This document shows positions 40,579-50,796 of a DNA stretch of 64,000 nucleotides, piece by piece. The DNA comes from Promethearchaeota archaeon. GTDB lineage: Archaea; Asgardarchaeota; Heimdallarchaeia; Hodarchaeales; Hodarchaeaceae. Made by a program: the position numbers and the translations under genes. The notes below the pieces were generated by a model. That model ran no database searches, had not been told where the DNA came from, and worked only from the letters and a program-made list of their open reading frames with translations. The stretch is taken from NCBI GenBank assembly GCA_048938105.1, contig JBHLMN010000004.1, forward strand, positions 287,442 through 351,441, written 5' to 3'. Within the stretch, counting starts at the first letter, position 1. Every line of letters starts with the position of its first letter.

Positions 40579-41163
40579 TTAATGAGAATAATAATCATAT
40601 ATTTTCTTACCTAATGTGCTAAAGGTTTTTCCTACATTTATACCTGATTTTGCAGAAGTTTCAAAATATCTAATTTTAAGATTGATGTTATCAAATTTAG
40701 ATTCTAATCGTTCTGTTATAAACTTCTTAGCCGTTTTAGTATCAATTGTTGTTTCTTTCTCATTTTTTAAATCGCTTTTATTACCAAGTACGATTACAGA
40801 TATATCTGGTGATCCAGAATGCTCAACAAGTTCATTTATCCATTTTTCTAAATTGTACATTGTGTTTGGACGTGTTATGTCAAAAATCAAGAGCGCTCCT
40901 ACCGCATGGTTGAAATAAATTGCCCTTACTTGGTTGAAAGATGGCTGACCAGCAAGATCCCAAATTTGGAATCTTAATGTCTTATAACTGGATTTTATTC
41001 TCAGTCTGACTTTTTTCGATGCAAAATCTGAACCAAGAGTTGGTTGATAGTTACTCTGAAAACCGTGGCCTAAATACCTCTCTTTTAAGGAAGTTTTTCC
41101 TACTCCCCCATCTCCACATAAGCAAATCTTTGCTAATAATGCCAATATGAAATTGAACTCCAA
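40579..41163 (-). CDS. Rab-like small GTPase (eukaryotic signature protein)
   Basis: GDGGVGKT, PTLG, WDLAGQ, NKSD and ETSAK; no C-terminal prenylation cysteines. Confidence 0.93.
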   Translation of the reverse strand: MEFNFILALLAKICLCGDGGVGKTSLKERYLGHGFQSNYQPTLGSDFASKKVRLRIKSSYKTLRFQIWDLAGQPSFNQVRAIYFNHAVGALLIFDITRPNTMYNLEKWINELVEHSGSPDISVIVLGNKSDLKNEKETTIDTKTAKKFITERLESKFDNINLKIRYFETSAKSGINVGKTFSTLGKKIYDYYSH

Positions 41164-41297
41164 TGCATTTTATACTAAAATTTGTTTTTGCTAGGCCTTC
41201 AATTTCTATTCTAAAAAATGTATTTATTAGTTGAATAACTTATATTTTTTTTTTAATGAAATAACCTCGCTTAGAAGGAAAAGAAAAATTCGACTAA

Positions 41298-44200
41298 TTA
41301 ATCTTCTTGAGGTACAATTATTTCTACATTAGGAGAACAGCCAATCCAAAGAGCATCATAGATTTGACTCGATGGAATTTTAAGAATTTTGGTCATGATA
41401 TTCATTGCATCATTGAATAATAGAGGTCTAGTTTCTTTCAACACCCTATCCTGCATTGCTTTATCAAATAATTTAATTTCTTCACGGATTGTTTGAGCTT
41501 TCATCTTAGTAATTGATTGAATAACAACTAATCGTTTAAGAGCATTAATCCCTGCTTGAGAAACAGGTATATGTTCTAATCCTTGTTTTAGCTGCTCATC
41601 AAATCTCTTCAATTTTTCTGTATCAATGAAGAAGGGCATAAGTAAGGGAGTAGGTAAGTATTTCCGAAGAATGGTTGCGGTTTGAGGGCCATATAAGGAC
41701 TCATCTACAATCCCTAAATTCGGAATAGATATATTCTCTTCTAGATCTTTGATTATCTTGAATAGTGCTTCTCTAACAAAAGCTGATGGTTTTTCTTTAA
41801 GAAACATAAATATTCGATAACTTGGTGACGCTGCTATCAAAATCTGGAATTGATTTTGTTCAATAACACTGATGCGAATTTTCTCCTTCAATCTTGTTTC
41901 AACATGATATTCTAGTTCATGGGATTGTACTTGCTGCATGAAATCTGTTTGGAAGGATTGAAGGAAGGAATCAATCCCAACAGAAAGGCCGCTAAGCGCA
42001 TCATCTAATAATTTATCTGTTTGGTACATAACATTAGTCAACGTGTAGATTGGCACACCTACATCGGTACTAATTAAGATCGTATAAATATTAGGTATCA
42101 AGGATAGTTTATCTTCAAGATCCCGAATTTTCTGGTATCTGCTATTTCTATATCTCTGAATTGTAACTCCTCCAAAGAGTACAACGATAATTATACCTAC
42201 TGTACCTAGAATAACTAAAAGCATTTGGATAAGGGTGGAGCCTGAGAGATCAGGTCCATTTGTCGGAAAAATAATGGGATAATCAGCACTTGATAATGAA
42301 ACAAAGCTCGTGTTATCATAAGCTTCAATAGACCATTTCAAAGTTCCTGTTTCATTAAATTTTATTTCTGTAATGTACAGACTACCGTTGAAGGTCATCC
42401 TTTTGGTTGTAATCTGAGCCCCAGAACCTCCATTGCCTTCATATGACTCAAATTCATATTTTAAGAGAACTTCAGTCACTCCTGATCCCCAATCTGAAAC
42501 ATTGGCCCATAGTAAAATGGTTGTTTCGTTAATTTGATCAATTCCACTTGAATGAATTATTGGTTTCCAATAATCAAGCATCTGACTAGAATTTGAGTAT
42601 TCTTTTGGGTTATAATAACCTCTAAGTACCCCATCATCGATTATTTGCATAACATAAGAGAAATTATGTAGATAATCGATCGATAAATCGTAAATATGAA
42701 GAGTTCCATTGAATTCCATCACTTCTTCAGTCAAAATCTCAGTACCAAGAGTCTCATCCAAAACAGATAATGTAATATAATGGTTCTCAAGGGCGTGTTC
42801 TTCAAAGGGATCATTAATTTTGATCCAAAATCTTACCTCTCCAGGATTCAGTTCTAATATTTTAAATTCCACACCATGTCCCATCGCTGTTGTAGGTTGA
42901 AAATTCAATGTTTTACAACCTAATATAGGAGATTCGTATATATTTAAAGCTTCATCATAAATTGTAAAGCTGTAACTGAAGGTGGTGTTACAGATCAATT
43001 GAATGGAATAAATGTAGTGTGATCCATTGTAGACCATATCATCAGTCCAGTTAGACCACTGATAACCGTCATAATAATTCAAAGTAATGTTGGTTCCTCC
43101 TACTGTCCCAAATGGATCATAAGCTTTAACCCAAAAAGAGATTTTAGTCGCTGTATGATTAATAAAATGCTCTGAATAATTAAATGCATTATAAAATGGT
43201 GGAGTCAAATCACGAATATTGACTGGTCTCCATTCAGTTTCATTAACGTTGTTATTCTTGTCCATGGCTCTGATCAGATATGTAAATGCTTTTCCAGGCG
43301 TAAATCCTTGCGTCGAAAAGGTGTAGAAGTTTCCAGAACCATTCCACGACATTGTAGCTTGTTGGTAGACAGTATGGATGATATCAACAGTTACAGAAGA
43401 ATTATCCTCAGGGAGTCCACTACCATAAATTCCCTCTACAACTTCAGTCCAAATTATTACCGTTCCATTTTGACAGTTAACTGCTCCATCGTTCTTGATA
43501 TTTGGAGGTGCTAAATCATCAATTGTTATAGGCTCACTAACAATCCCTTGGTTTCCTGCATCATCTTCAGTCCACACTGTTATTGTTATTTGTTCAGAAA
43601 AACTGAAAAAATGATTTGAAACGGAATATATTACCTTTTGCTCCATTTGGTGAGTTGTAGTAATATATTGTTGAGTTATATTCACATAAAAAGGATTTGT
43701 GACATATTGTGAACTCCCCCAACTATCAATAGCATACGCACTAATAGTGATTTGCCCATCTATGACTGGGGAATTCTCTACAGTAAAATATATGTCAGGA
43801 GGTACTAGATCGGTCAATACCAAATGCTTTATCTGGAGAGTATTATTATTTCCCGCCTCATCAATAGCTTCTGCATAATAAAATAGGTCTCTTGTTGAAT
43901 AAGTAAAATTACTATATATTCCAACAAAAAAATTGTTGTCTATTGGATTTAAGCTATATTTCAACCAAGAACCAGTTGAGTTTTCATGAATAAATACAGT
44001 TGTTATATTGCTTGGCCAATCCACAACCGTTGAATGGAATTCTACGGTTCCATTCCCAAATTCTATCGCATTAAAGGCCACTTGTGGACTGGCAGTATCA
44101 TTAATTTCCATTATCCCGTATTCGACTTGAAAATTACCCGCTAAATCGCTAGTATTAATCCAAAATTCAACTATATCATTGAATTGATAAGTACCATAAT

Positions 44201-46181
44201 AATAGAAGTAACCTGCTCCAAGATCATACATTGATTGTGTATTATTTGATCCATTATTAACAGATATAATGATATTCACACTGTCAAAATCTAATCCACT
44301 TTGATAAATCGTTATTTCATAGATCCGGATATTCCATTCTATTAATCCTTTATCATGATTATATGGTGTAATCCACTCTATTTGGGGGGGAGTAGAATCA
44401 GAAACAGTAATATAACTAACATCCATAGGAAAGCTTGGAATTTTTGAACCATTTTCATTTCCTACCGTATCATTGACTGAAAAGATTGTATAGTTTAGAA
44501 CATCCCCAAAAAACGAATTTGTGCGATAGGTCCAAAGTCCAGATCCATTAAGGTGCATCTGTACTAAGGATCCATTAACCATTAATAAAACATAATCTTC
44601 TATTCCACTCACATCGGTAATATTTGCATAAAATTCTAATGTTCCATCCCCATAATCTGTTACACTCAGTTCATGGATAATTGGTGGATCAGGATCGCTC
44701 AATAAAAAGGAGGTTAGCTGAGTGCTATTACTATTACCAGCTGTATCCTCTGCAATTATATTATATTTGATACTGATATTAGTTGTATCTGTTAAGGTAT
44801 CAAGGGCTGTATCGTTATAAAATGTATTTCCTGCTTGGAAAGTCATTGTGAAATTGGCTTTAATTACTTGTTTTCCACTTGTCATATTTATAGCGGTAAT
44901 ATTGAGGCTAACAGACGAATTAACTAAATTATCATCGATTACGTCGACATAAAACGTCCCTTGACTCAAATCTTTATCAAAATGAACATTGTAGAACTGT
45001 GGAGAGGTAATATCTGTATAAATGGAAAGATGTATAATGAAAGTAAAATGGGCTGAATGTTGATAAGTACGATTTGGAGCTATCTCTATGGATGTTAAAT
45101 TACCATTTGGCGCTGTTTTAAATTCAGCTGTGATGTTATACAATCCCCAAGAGATATTGGAGAAGGTTGTATTTCCCATAATGTTTGTGTATTGAGTAAT
45201 ACTTGTTGAACTATTTATAAGCGTAACAGTAGCATTTAAAATACTTTTATTATTAAGATCCTCTACATTCACAGTTATACTCGCATTTCCAGAATAATCA
45301 TCATAAAGAATCCACATTAAAGCTTTGTTCCACAATTCCCACCCTTTAAGAGTGAGATATTCTCCTTGACTGGCACCTAGAAAAACTCTACGTTCAGTAG
45401 CTAAACTGCTTCCAGTATAATCCGTTCCTCCTTTTTCTAAGGCGATTAATGTTCCATAAAAAACATCAGGTGTCATAGAGCCTAGTAAACCAAGTGGGAA
45501 GATATCGGAGGTGGAGGGAAGGGCATTAAAACCTTTTATATAGTTTAATCCAGTTGTTATATTATATATTTGTAAAATACCAAGAGACGATTGATTAGTA
45601 ATATAATGTGATATGATATTTATCCAAATATCTTGTTGTTGTCGTGAAGCTCTTCCATTTCCTAGATGAAATACATCCCAAGTGTCTTTTCCCATTGTAA
45701 GGATTGGGATAGACGCATTTTCTAATGATGTAACATCTTCCGATCCTGATATGGAATCCGAGATAATTATCGCATCATACTCAGAATAATCGTACGAATT
45801 ATTAGCATCATGATAAGTGACTGAGAATCCTAAATTGGTGATATTTTTGTAGAAAGACTGATCAAGAATTGGATCAGGGGAGTTTTCATTTCCAACAATG
45901 AACAAAATACTAATATTAGAGGCTTGAAAAGGTTGAATAGCAAGCGAAGGAGGAAAAGCTAGGACTCTAGGACATTTACTTGTAGATTTATCTTTAAGTG
46001 GGAGAATAACACTCTTTTCTTTAAAAGGGGCTGTTTTATAGTTTAAATTATTTTGGAATTCATTCGAAAGAACAGAAAACAGAATAAAAACAATAATCAT
46101 CATAAAAAAAGTCCTTTTAGATGATTTTTCTGTTCTTTTCTGTATTGCTAGTGCCATTTTGTAATAGACCCCATGCAACAA
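41298..46181 (-). CDS. Giant single-pass membrane protein: extracellular Ig-like repeats, TM helix, cytoplasmic longin-like region
   Basis: N-terminal signal/anchor, repeated D.AGN...D..PP beta modules, TM LLVILGTVGIIIVVLFGG, then ILISTDVGVPIY...LSGLSVGIDSF. Confidence 0.8.
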   Translation of the reverse strand: MLHGVYYKMALAIQKRTEKSSKRTFFMMIIVFILFSVLSNEFQNNLNYKTAPFKEKSVILPLKDKSTSKCPRVLAFPPSLAIQPFQASNISILFIVGNENSPDPILDQSFYKNITNLGFSVTYHDANNSYDYSEYDAIIISDSISGSEDVTSLENASIPILTMGKDTWDVFHLGNGRASRQQQDIWINIISHYITNQSSLGILQIYNITTGLNYIKGFNALPSTSDIFPLGLLGSMTPDVFYGTLIALEKGGTDYTGSSLATERRVFLGASQGEYLTLKGWELWNKALMWILYDDYSGNASITVNVEDLNNKSILNATVTLINSSTSITQYTNIMGNTTFSNISWGLYNITAEFKTAPNGNLTSIEIAPNRTYQHSAHFTFIIHLSIYTDITSPQFYNVHFDKDLSQGTFYVDVIDDNLVNSSVSLNITAINMTSGKQVIKANFTMTFQAGNTFYNDTALDTLTDTTNISIKYNIIAEDTAGNSNSTQLTSFLLSDPDPPIIHELSVTDYGDGTLEFYANITDVSGIEDYVLLMVNGSLVQMHLNGSGLWTYRTNSFFGDVLNYTIFSVNDTVGNENGSKIPSFPMDVSYITVSDSTPPQIEWITPYNHDKGLIEWNIRIYEITIYQSGLDFDSVNIIISVNNGSNNTQSMYDLGAGYFYYYGTYQFNDIVEFWINTSDLAGNFQVEYGIMEINDTASPQVAFNAIEFGNGTVEFHSTVVDWPSNITTVFIHENSTGSWLKYSLNPIDNNFFVGIYSNFTYSTRDLFYYAEAIDEAGNNNTLQIKHLVLTDLVPPDIYFTVENSPVIDGQITISAYAIDSWGSSQYVTNPFYVNITQQYITTTHQMEQKVIYSVSNHFFSFSEQITITVWTEDDAGNQGIVSEPITIDDLAPPNIKNDGAVNCQNGTVIIWTEVVEGIYGSGLPEDNSSVTVDIIHTVYQQATMSWNGSGNFYTFSTQGFTPGKAFTYLIRAMDKNNNVNETEWRPVNIRDLTPPFYNAFNYSEHFINHTATKISFWVKAYDPFGTVGGTNITLNYYDGYQWSNWTDDMVYNGSHYIYSIQLICNTTFSYSFTIYDEALNIYESPILGCKTLNFQPTTAMGHGVEFKILELNPGEVRFWIKINDPFEEHALENHYITLSVLDETLGTEILTEEVMEFNGTLHIYDLSIDYLHNFSYVMQIIDDGVLRGYYNPKEYSNSSQMLDYWKPIIHSSGIDQINETTILLWANVSDWGSGVTEVLLKYEFESYEGNGGSGAQITTKRMTFNGSLYITEIKFNETGTLKWSIEAYDNTSFVSLSSADYPIIFPTNGPDLSGSTLIQMLLVILGTVGIIIVVLFGGVTIQRYRNSRYQKIRDLEDKLSLIPNIYTILISTDVGVPIYTLTNVMYQTDKLLDDALSGLSVGIDSFLQSFQTDFMQQVQSHELEYHVETRLKEKIRISVIEQNQFQILIAASPSYRIFMFLKEKPSAFVREALFKIIKDLEENISIPNLGIVDESLYGPQTATILRKYLPTPLLMPFFIDTEKLKRFDEQLKQGLEHIPVSQAGINALKRLVVIQSITKMKAQTIREEIKLFDKAMQDRVLKETRPLLFNDAMNIMTKILKIPSSQIYDALWIGCSPNVEIIVPQED

Positions 46182-46261
46182 TGACTTAGATCCATCATAT
46201 TTATTATATATACTAAATTTTTCGTAAATTTATAAAAAAAAAAAGGGGGAAAAAAGATGAT

Positions 46262-47344
46262 TTAGCTTTTGTAGCGCCGACCAAGCACTACAAAAGCCCC
46301 TAATATTAAAGTTGTTATCATTGTTATTGCCAAGAATCCATCTTTCACGTTCTCCTTTAACCAAGAAGTTATCGTGGAAAGATTCGCTGGCAAGATTATT
46401 GCATCATTTGATGTACCGATTTCAGGGTCATGGAAAAGAGTATCGTTGAAGGTTGGGTAACTAATAAAGATGTTCACTTTAGAAGCCATTTCAGACGCAG
46501 TATCGTTTAAATGAGCTCCTCCACTGATTGTTTCTCCATCGATCTCGACATCACTGACTGATTCAAAGTAAGCTAAAAGCGTTCCATCATCGTTTTTAAG
46601 TGAAATAGACGTTTCATCGGTTTCTTTCTTCAACTTCATTCCTTCACCCTCATTTTCCCCTCTCGACCAATTCAATTCGAATTCCAAGCACAGTCCTGTG
46701 GCTTCTTCTTCAAAAGGCCAGTTTGTTATATTGATATCGAATTTAACTGCAGCTGCGTCCGCCGTGTAATGATTAATCAATTCAATAATAGTCTCTTCAT
46801 ACCCATCTTGTTTTATTTCACTCGATCTGAAAATGAATTCTTTTTCAGTTTCTTCATCAATAGTAATGTCAAGTTCCCATTTAACGCTGGTTAATTGTAG
46901 TTTGTCACCAATGTTTTCTCCTTTATCATACAGACCATTATCATTTCCATCTTCAAATTGAATCATATTTTGGAATTTCAAGAAAAACCGTACATCATCA
47001 ATAGTAGTATTGAAATGATAAAAAGGAACTTGTCCTTTAGCATTAACCTCTATCTGAAAGTTGTTAGAGGATAATACTACTTGATTACCATCTTTCTTCA
47101 TTTCAGTCTTATTGTCGTCACCATCGTCAATATCATTAGTTTCCACTTCATTTTCTTTCTCGCTTTCATCAGTGTCGTCAGTGTCATCGTCATCGAGTAA
47201 GTTATTTGGATCATAATTTAATTCCACAGAATCAACTGGATCAGCTTTAGCTCGAATAGTTCCAATGGGAGACACTAATACCATTGTAAATAGCGCCATT
47301 AATGATACAATTATGAGAAAATTCCTCATTTTAAATCTTAACAT
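46262..47344 (-). CDS. Secreted acidic protein with C-terminal membrane anchor
   Basis: Signal peptide, D/E-rich linker, KFDINITNWPF...LFHDP, C-terminal TM followed by RRYK; GGAGG ribosome-binding site. Confidence 0.8.
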   Translation of the reverse strand: MLRFKMRNFLIIVSLMALFTMVLVSPIGTIRAKADPVDSVELNYDPNNLLDDDDTDDTDESEKENEVETNDIDDGDDNKTEMKKDGNQVVLSSNNFQIEVNAKGQVPFYHFNTTIDDVRFFLKFQNMIQFEDGNDNGLYDKGENIGDKLQLTSVKWELDITIDEETEKEFIFRSSEIKQDGYEETIIELINHYTADAAAVKFDINITNWPFEEEATGLCLEFELNWSRGENEGEGMKLKKETDETSISLKNDDGTLLAYFESVSDVEIDGETISGGAHLNDTASEMASKVNIFISYPTFNDTLFHDPEIGTSNDAIILPANLSTITSWLKENVKDGFLAITMITTLILGAFVVLGRRYKS

Positions 47345-47657
47345 TGCTTTTTGTTACCTCCTATTGTAGGTTTTATTGGTAAAAATATCATTTTTATCTA
47401 ATTGATCCTAGGAATCCTTAGATTAAATAATTTAGCTTCTAACGACATAGAATAAGACATTTCTATGCTCATAGAAGGATTTAGTAAGACCATCTTTGTA
47501 CCAAAAAAACGAAATTCTCTCTCCTCGAGATTAAATCACGTAATTAAATGTTATGATAGAGTATAAACTTGCCTTAAGAGTCTTATCTGAATTAAACTTG
47601 TGAGGACCTAAGCAATTTTTTCATTTACTTATATTTAATCAATTCTCACCTTATGAA

Positions 47658-47864
47658 TTATTCCCGTGGAATAAAATCAGGACAAGCTCTTTCATCACGG
47701 AGCATAATTGCAAAGTTGTTATGTAAAACGAGTAATCGACAAAGGCCTGCTTCTTTCTCTGTCATTTCAGCATATTTTATGACGGCTTTATCGGTTAAGT
47801 ATGCGCATTGGCCACAAGTTTTGTTCTTATAATCAAATTCTGATTCTGACATTTTTCTCACCAT
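47658..47864 (-). CDS. Small four-Cys (metal-binding) protein
   Basis: TCGQCAY...GLCRL...ACPDF. Confidence 0.7.
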   Translation of the reverse strand: MVRKMSESEFDYKNKTCGQCAYLTDKAVIKYAEMTEKEAGLCRLLVLHNNFAIMLRDERACPDFIPRE

Positions 47865-47971
47865 ATCTATGTTATATCATATCATTTTTCCTGCTTTGCT
47901 AGAGGTAATTATTTATTATCTTTAAGAATTAAAAAACTTTATTTTGAAGCAAACTTAGAGATTTTTCTGTT

Positions 47972-48550
47972 GTGTTTGAAGTGCCCTTTGATAAATTTCT
48001 CAGTAAAATCAGTGGTCAGAAAGAAGTTTTTACCCTCGAAGACTTTCAAGAGAAATTAGATCTCTTTATTTCCAAGATTGAACAAAAACATAAAGCCTCG
48101 AAAATTGCAGAACAAGAGTTCCAACAAAAATATGATGAAAAGCTTTCAAAACTTGATTTCAATGGCAGTAAGCGTGCTGTGGAAAATTCGAGGCATCAAT
48201 TAGCAGAATCTCTGGAATTAAATGTTCAATTAGACTTTTTAAAGAATATTAGGTTATTATCAAAGGGAATACCAGAAAAGAAACTCAAAAAAATAAATTT
48301 TAGGCAAATGGCAGATGATATCTTTAATTCCAAGAAAATCAACTCTCAATCTTATCGAAGAATCATTTTAACTAGATTTAAGAAATTTGTTCCTTCTGCT
48401 GATGACATTCTGTTGACAAGCACTGAATCTGAGGAGGATATCGATCGTATCCTTCAAGAAGTTAAAGAAGGTAAACAAATCATTGGTTCTATTGACAATG
48501 AAGTTGAGAAAATCATCGAAGAGGTTAAGAGAAAAAAGGATGATAAATAA
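47972..48550 (+). CDS. Hypothetical helical/coiled-coil protein
   Basis: 192-aa K/E-rich ORF. Confidence 0.65.
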   Translation: MFEVPFDKFLSKISGQKEVFTLEDFQEKLDLFISKIEQKHKASKIAEQEFQQKYDEKLSKLDFNGSKRAVENSRHQLAESLELNVQLDFLKNIRLLSKGIPEKKLKKINFRQMADDIFNSKKINSQSYRRIILTRFKKFVPSADDILLTSTESEEDIDRILQEVKEGKQIIGSIDNEVEKIIEEVKRKKDDK

Positions 48551-48840
48551 AAGAATGGATTTTTCAAGGATCTTCAAAAAAAACCGTAGATCACATATTT
48601 TTAGGTAATACAAGGGCAACCCATTTTTCATATCTTCGGGCTAGAGATTATGAATTCACTTCTATTGTAACAGGCTCTGTATACTCAATCTTAAATCTTT
48701 ATTTTGGGTATAGTTTCCTTAAATTTAAGCATTCTGAGAGCGAAATCGCTTAATGATCTTTAAGGTGTTGTTAATTACTCCTTTATTACGAGATTTTTAT
48801 AATTGTATTTATGTATAATACTAATAGAAAGCATATCAAG

Positions 48841-49248
48841 ATGAATCCTAACAAGAAAAAGACTGAAGAAGAATGGAAAAAAATCCTGACAAAAGAAAAT
48901 TTCAGGATACTCCGAGAGAAAGGTACAGAACGAGCTTTCACAGGGAAATATTGGGATCATTTTGCTGAAGGGGAATATAAGTGTGCAGGATGTGGAACCC
49001 CCCTTTTTGTGTCTGAAGAGAAATTCTTATCGAGTTGTGGATGGCCTAGTTTCTCTAATCCAGTTAAAGGCACTATTAAAGAAAAAATCGATACTTCCCA
49101 TGGAATGATTCGGACTGAAGTGTTATGTTCGGCTTGCGGAGGGCATTTGGGACATGTGTTCAATGATGGCCCAAAAGAGAAAGGAGGATTACGGTACTGT
49201 ATCAATTCAGCTTCAATAGAATTTGAACATTGTGATTTTCCAAAATAA
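48841..49248 (+). CDS. msrB: Peptide-methionine (R)-S-oxide reductase; last five codons supplied by the transposon end
   Basis: [36 protein letters not shown] and RYCINSAS. Confidence 0.97.
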   Translation: MNPNKKKTEEEWKKILTKENFRILREKGTERAFTGKYWDHFAEGEYKCAGCGTPLFVSEEKFLSSCGWPSFSNPVKGTIKEKIDTSHGMIRTEVLCSACGGHLGHVFNDGPKEKGGLRYCINSASIEFEHCDFPK

Positions 49249-49296
49249 GTGATAAATTGTTCAAAATAATGATTAATTTTCCAGAAATAATTATAA
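49231..49296 (+). repeat. Transposon end: TGTGA followed by three TnsB-type binding sites
   Basis: TTTTCCAAAATAAGTGATAAA (49236), TTGTTCAAAATAATGATTAA (49257) and TTTTCCAGAAATAATTATAA (49277); preceded by AACAT. Confidence 0.8.
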
Positions 49297-49344
49297 TAAA
49301 GTATACATACAATTTCTTTTTCTTTTAGTAAATATCCTTATCAT

Positions 49345-50796
49345 TCAGATTGGAGTCAGAATTAGATTTGGTTTCGAAGTATACAATCCTGTTAAAATCT
49401 CAAAAGCTCCTGACAAACCCAAAGAGATAATATCATCAGAAGGTATGTGTGAATGCATTATTTTGTTTCTAAGTGAATTTAAATTCGTAAATGCCCTTTT
49501 CAATCTCTCCAAATCTGGAAATACATTATAGAAAAATTTATTATGTAATGAAGTAGTTGATACTATCTTACCCAAATCAGAAAAATATGAATTAACAAGA
49601 ATAGCACGTAAACATTCGATGGGGTCATTAAATTTGTTGTTCACGAGTTTTTCTTTTTCTTCTTTACTTTTTGGAATTTTATTCTTTTTAAAAGTTCTCT
49701 GACTAGCACTACCTTTTTTGATGCTTTCTGGCAATATTTTCCAAAGATGATACGATGAATTCCACCCCTTTGGAGTTAATTTTTCCACGATTAGATCCCT
49801 AAGATTGTCTTCTAAGAAAATTATCAACTGAAAGATCTCCGATGATACTATTATATTTGAATCACCATATATGCGGTTTCTAAACGTATTAAAAACAATT
49901 AATGGATAATTTAGAACCTGTTTTGTAAGTGTTCTATATTTTGACCTGTTTTCAGGTGATATATTGGCAGATTCTATTAGTTCATGTGTGAATTTAATAT
50001 TTCCTTTTTCAATTATCTTAATCATCTCAATCATAAATTTAACAACTTCTAATAGAACATTTGGTTGTTTTACTAAACTAAAATGATTGAAGAGCTCCTC
50101 ATCGGATAGATTGTTTGCAAGCCTTTCTATACCTTCCAGTTTTGATCGAATCAAATTTATTCTGTCGTTTAATGGCTTTTCTTCTTTAATTTGGGAATCC
50201 CCAATAATTTTCTTTATTTCACCTTTTATCAAAACTAAATTAGGTGATAATTCAACAGTCTTTTCTTTGAATATTTTCTTGCATAAATCTGATGATCTTA
50301 TTGAATAAATGAATGCATTTTGATTCATCAGAGCTGTATCAACTTCACTTTCATTGTGGATAGAAAAAGTGCCATTTGAAATCCAAGAACTACTCTTTAG
50401 TGTACATTTAATTTTTATTAGTCCTATATTGTATAATTCCCACAGACTGTTCTGAAGCTGACTTTCAGAAAAAGAGCTTTTTCTTAATGTTCGCTCTCTT
50501 GTCCATTTTGCATGTGATTCTAAAACAATAATTAGAATATTGTGTAAAAATGATCTTCTCAATATATATTTTTTTAACCTATTAGGATCTATTAGGTCTG
50601 TAGTTTCCCTTAGTGAGATAATACGGATTATTTTAAATTTTACTATATTTAAGACTCCACAATTAGGACAAATTGTATATCTATTATTGACAAAGATTTC
50701 ACAAATATTTAGGCTATTCTGAATTTCATAAGAAACTGTGAAAGATTTAATAGTAGCATCAAAGTAGTCTGAACAATGTTCACATGTAAAAATTAT
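49345..50796 (-). CDS. Zn-ribbon + wHTH + Swt1-like HEPN protein; probable ATA start (483 aa)
   Basis: The frame is open from 50796, adding CEHC...CPNC upstream of the track's TTG at 50562. FLEDNLRDLI, YFSDLGKIV and LRNKIMHSH. Confidence 0.8.
   Translation of the reverse strand: MIFTCEHCSDYFDATIKSFTVSYEIQNSLNICEIFVNNRYTICPNCGVLNIVKFKIIRIISLRETTDLIDPNRLKKYILRRSFLHNILIIVLESHAKWTRERTLRKSSFSESQLQNSLWELYNIGLIKIKCTLKSSSWISNGTFSIHNESEVDTALMNQNAFIYSIRSSDLCKKIFKEKTVELSPNLVLIKGEIKKIIGDSQIKEEKPLNDRINLIRSKLEGIERLANNLSDEELFNHFSLVKQPNVLLEVVKFMIEMIKIIEKGNIKFTHELIESANISPENRSKYRTLTKQVLNYPLIVFNTFRNRIYGDSNIIVSSEIFQLIIFLEDNLRDLIVEKLTPKGWNSSYHLWKILPESIKKGSASQRTFKKNKIPKSKEEKEKLVNNKFNDPIECLRAILVNSYFSDLGKIVSTTSLHNKFFYNVFPDLERLKRAFTNLNSLRNKIMHSHIPSDDIISLGLSGAFEILTGLYTSKPNLILTPI

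Noticed and set aside
49231-49296. CRISPR array, making the element a CAST
   Set aside because: The repeats are ~20 bp and abut with no spacers; no cas genes or repeat-spacer array were seen anywhere in the window.
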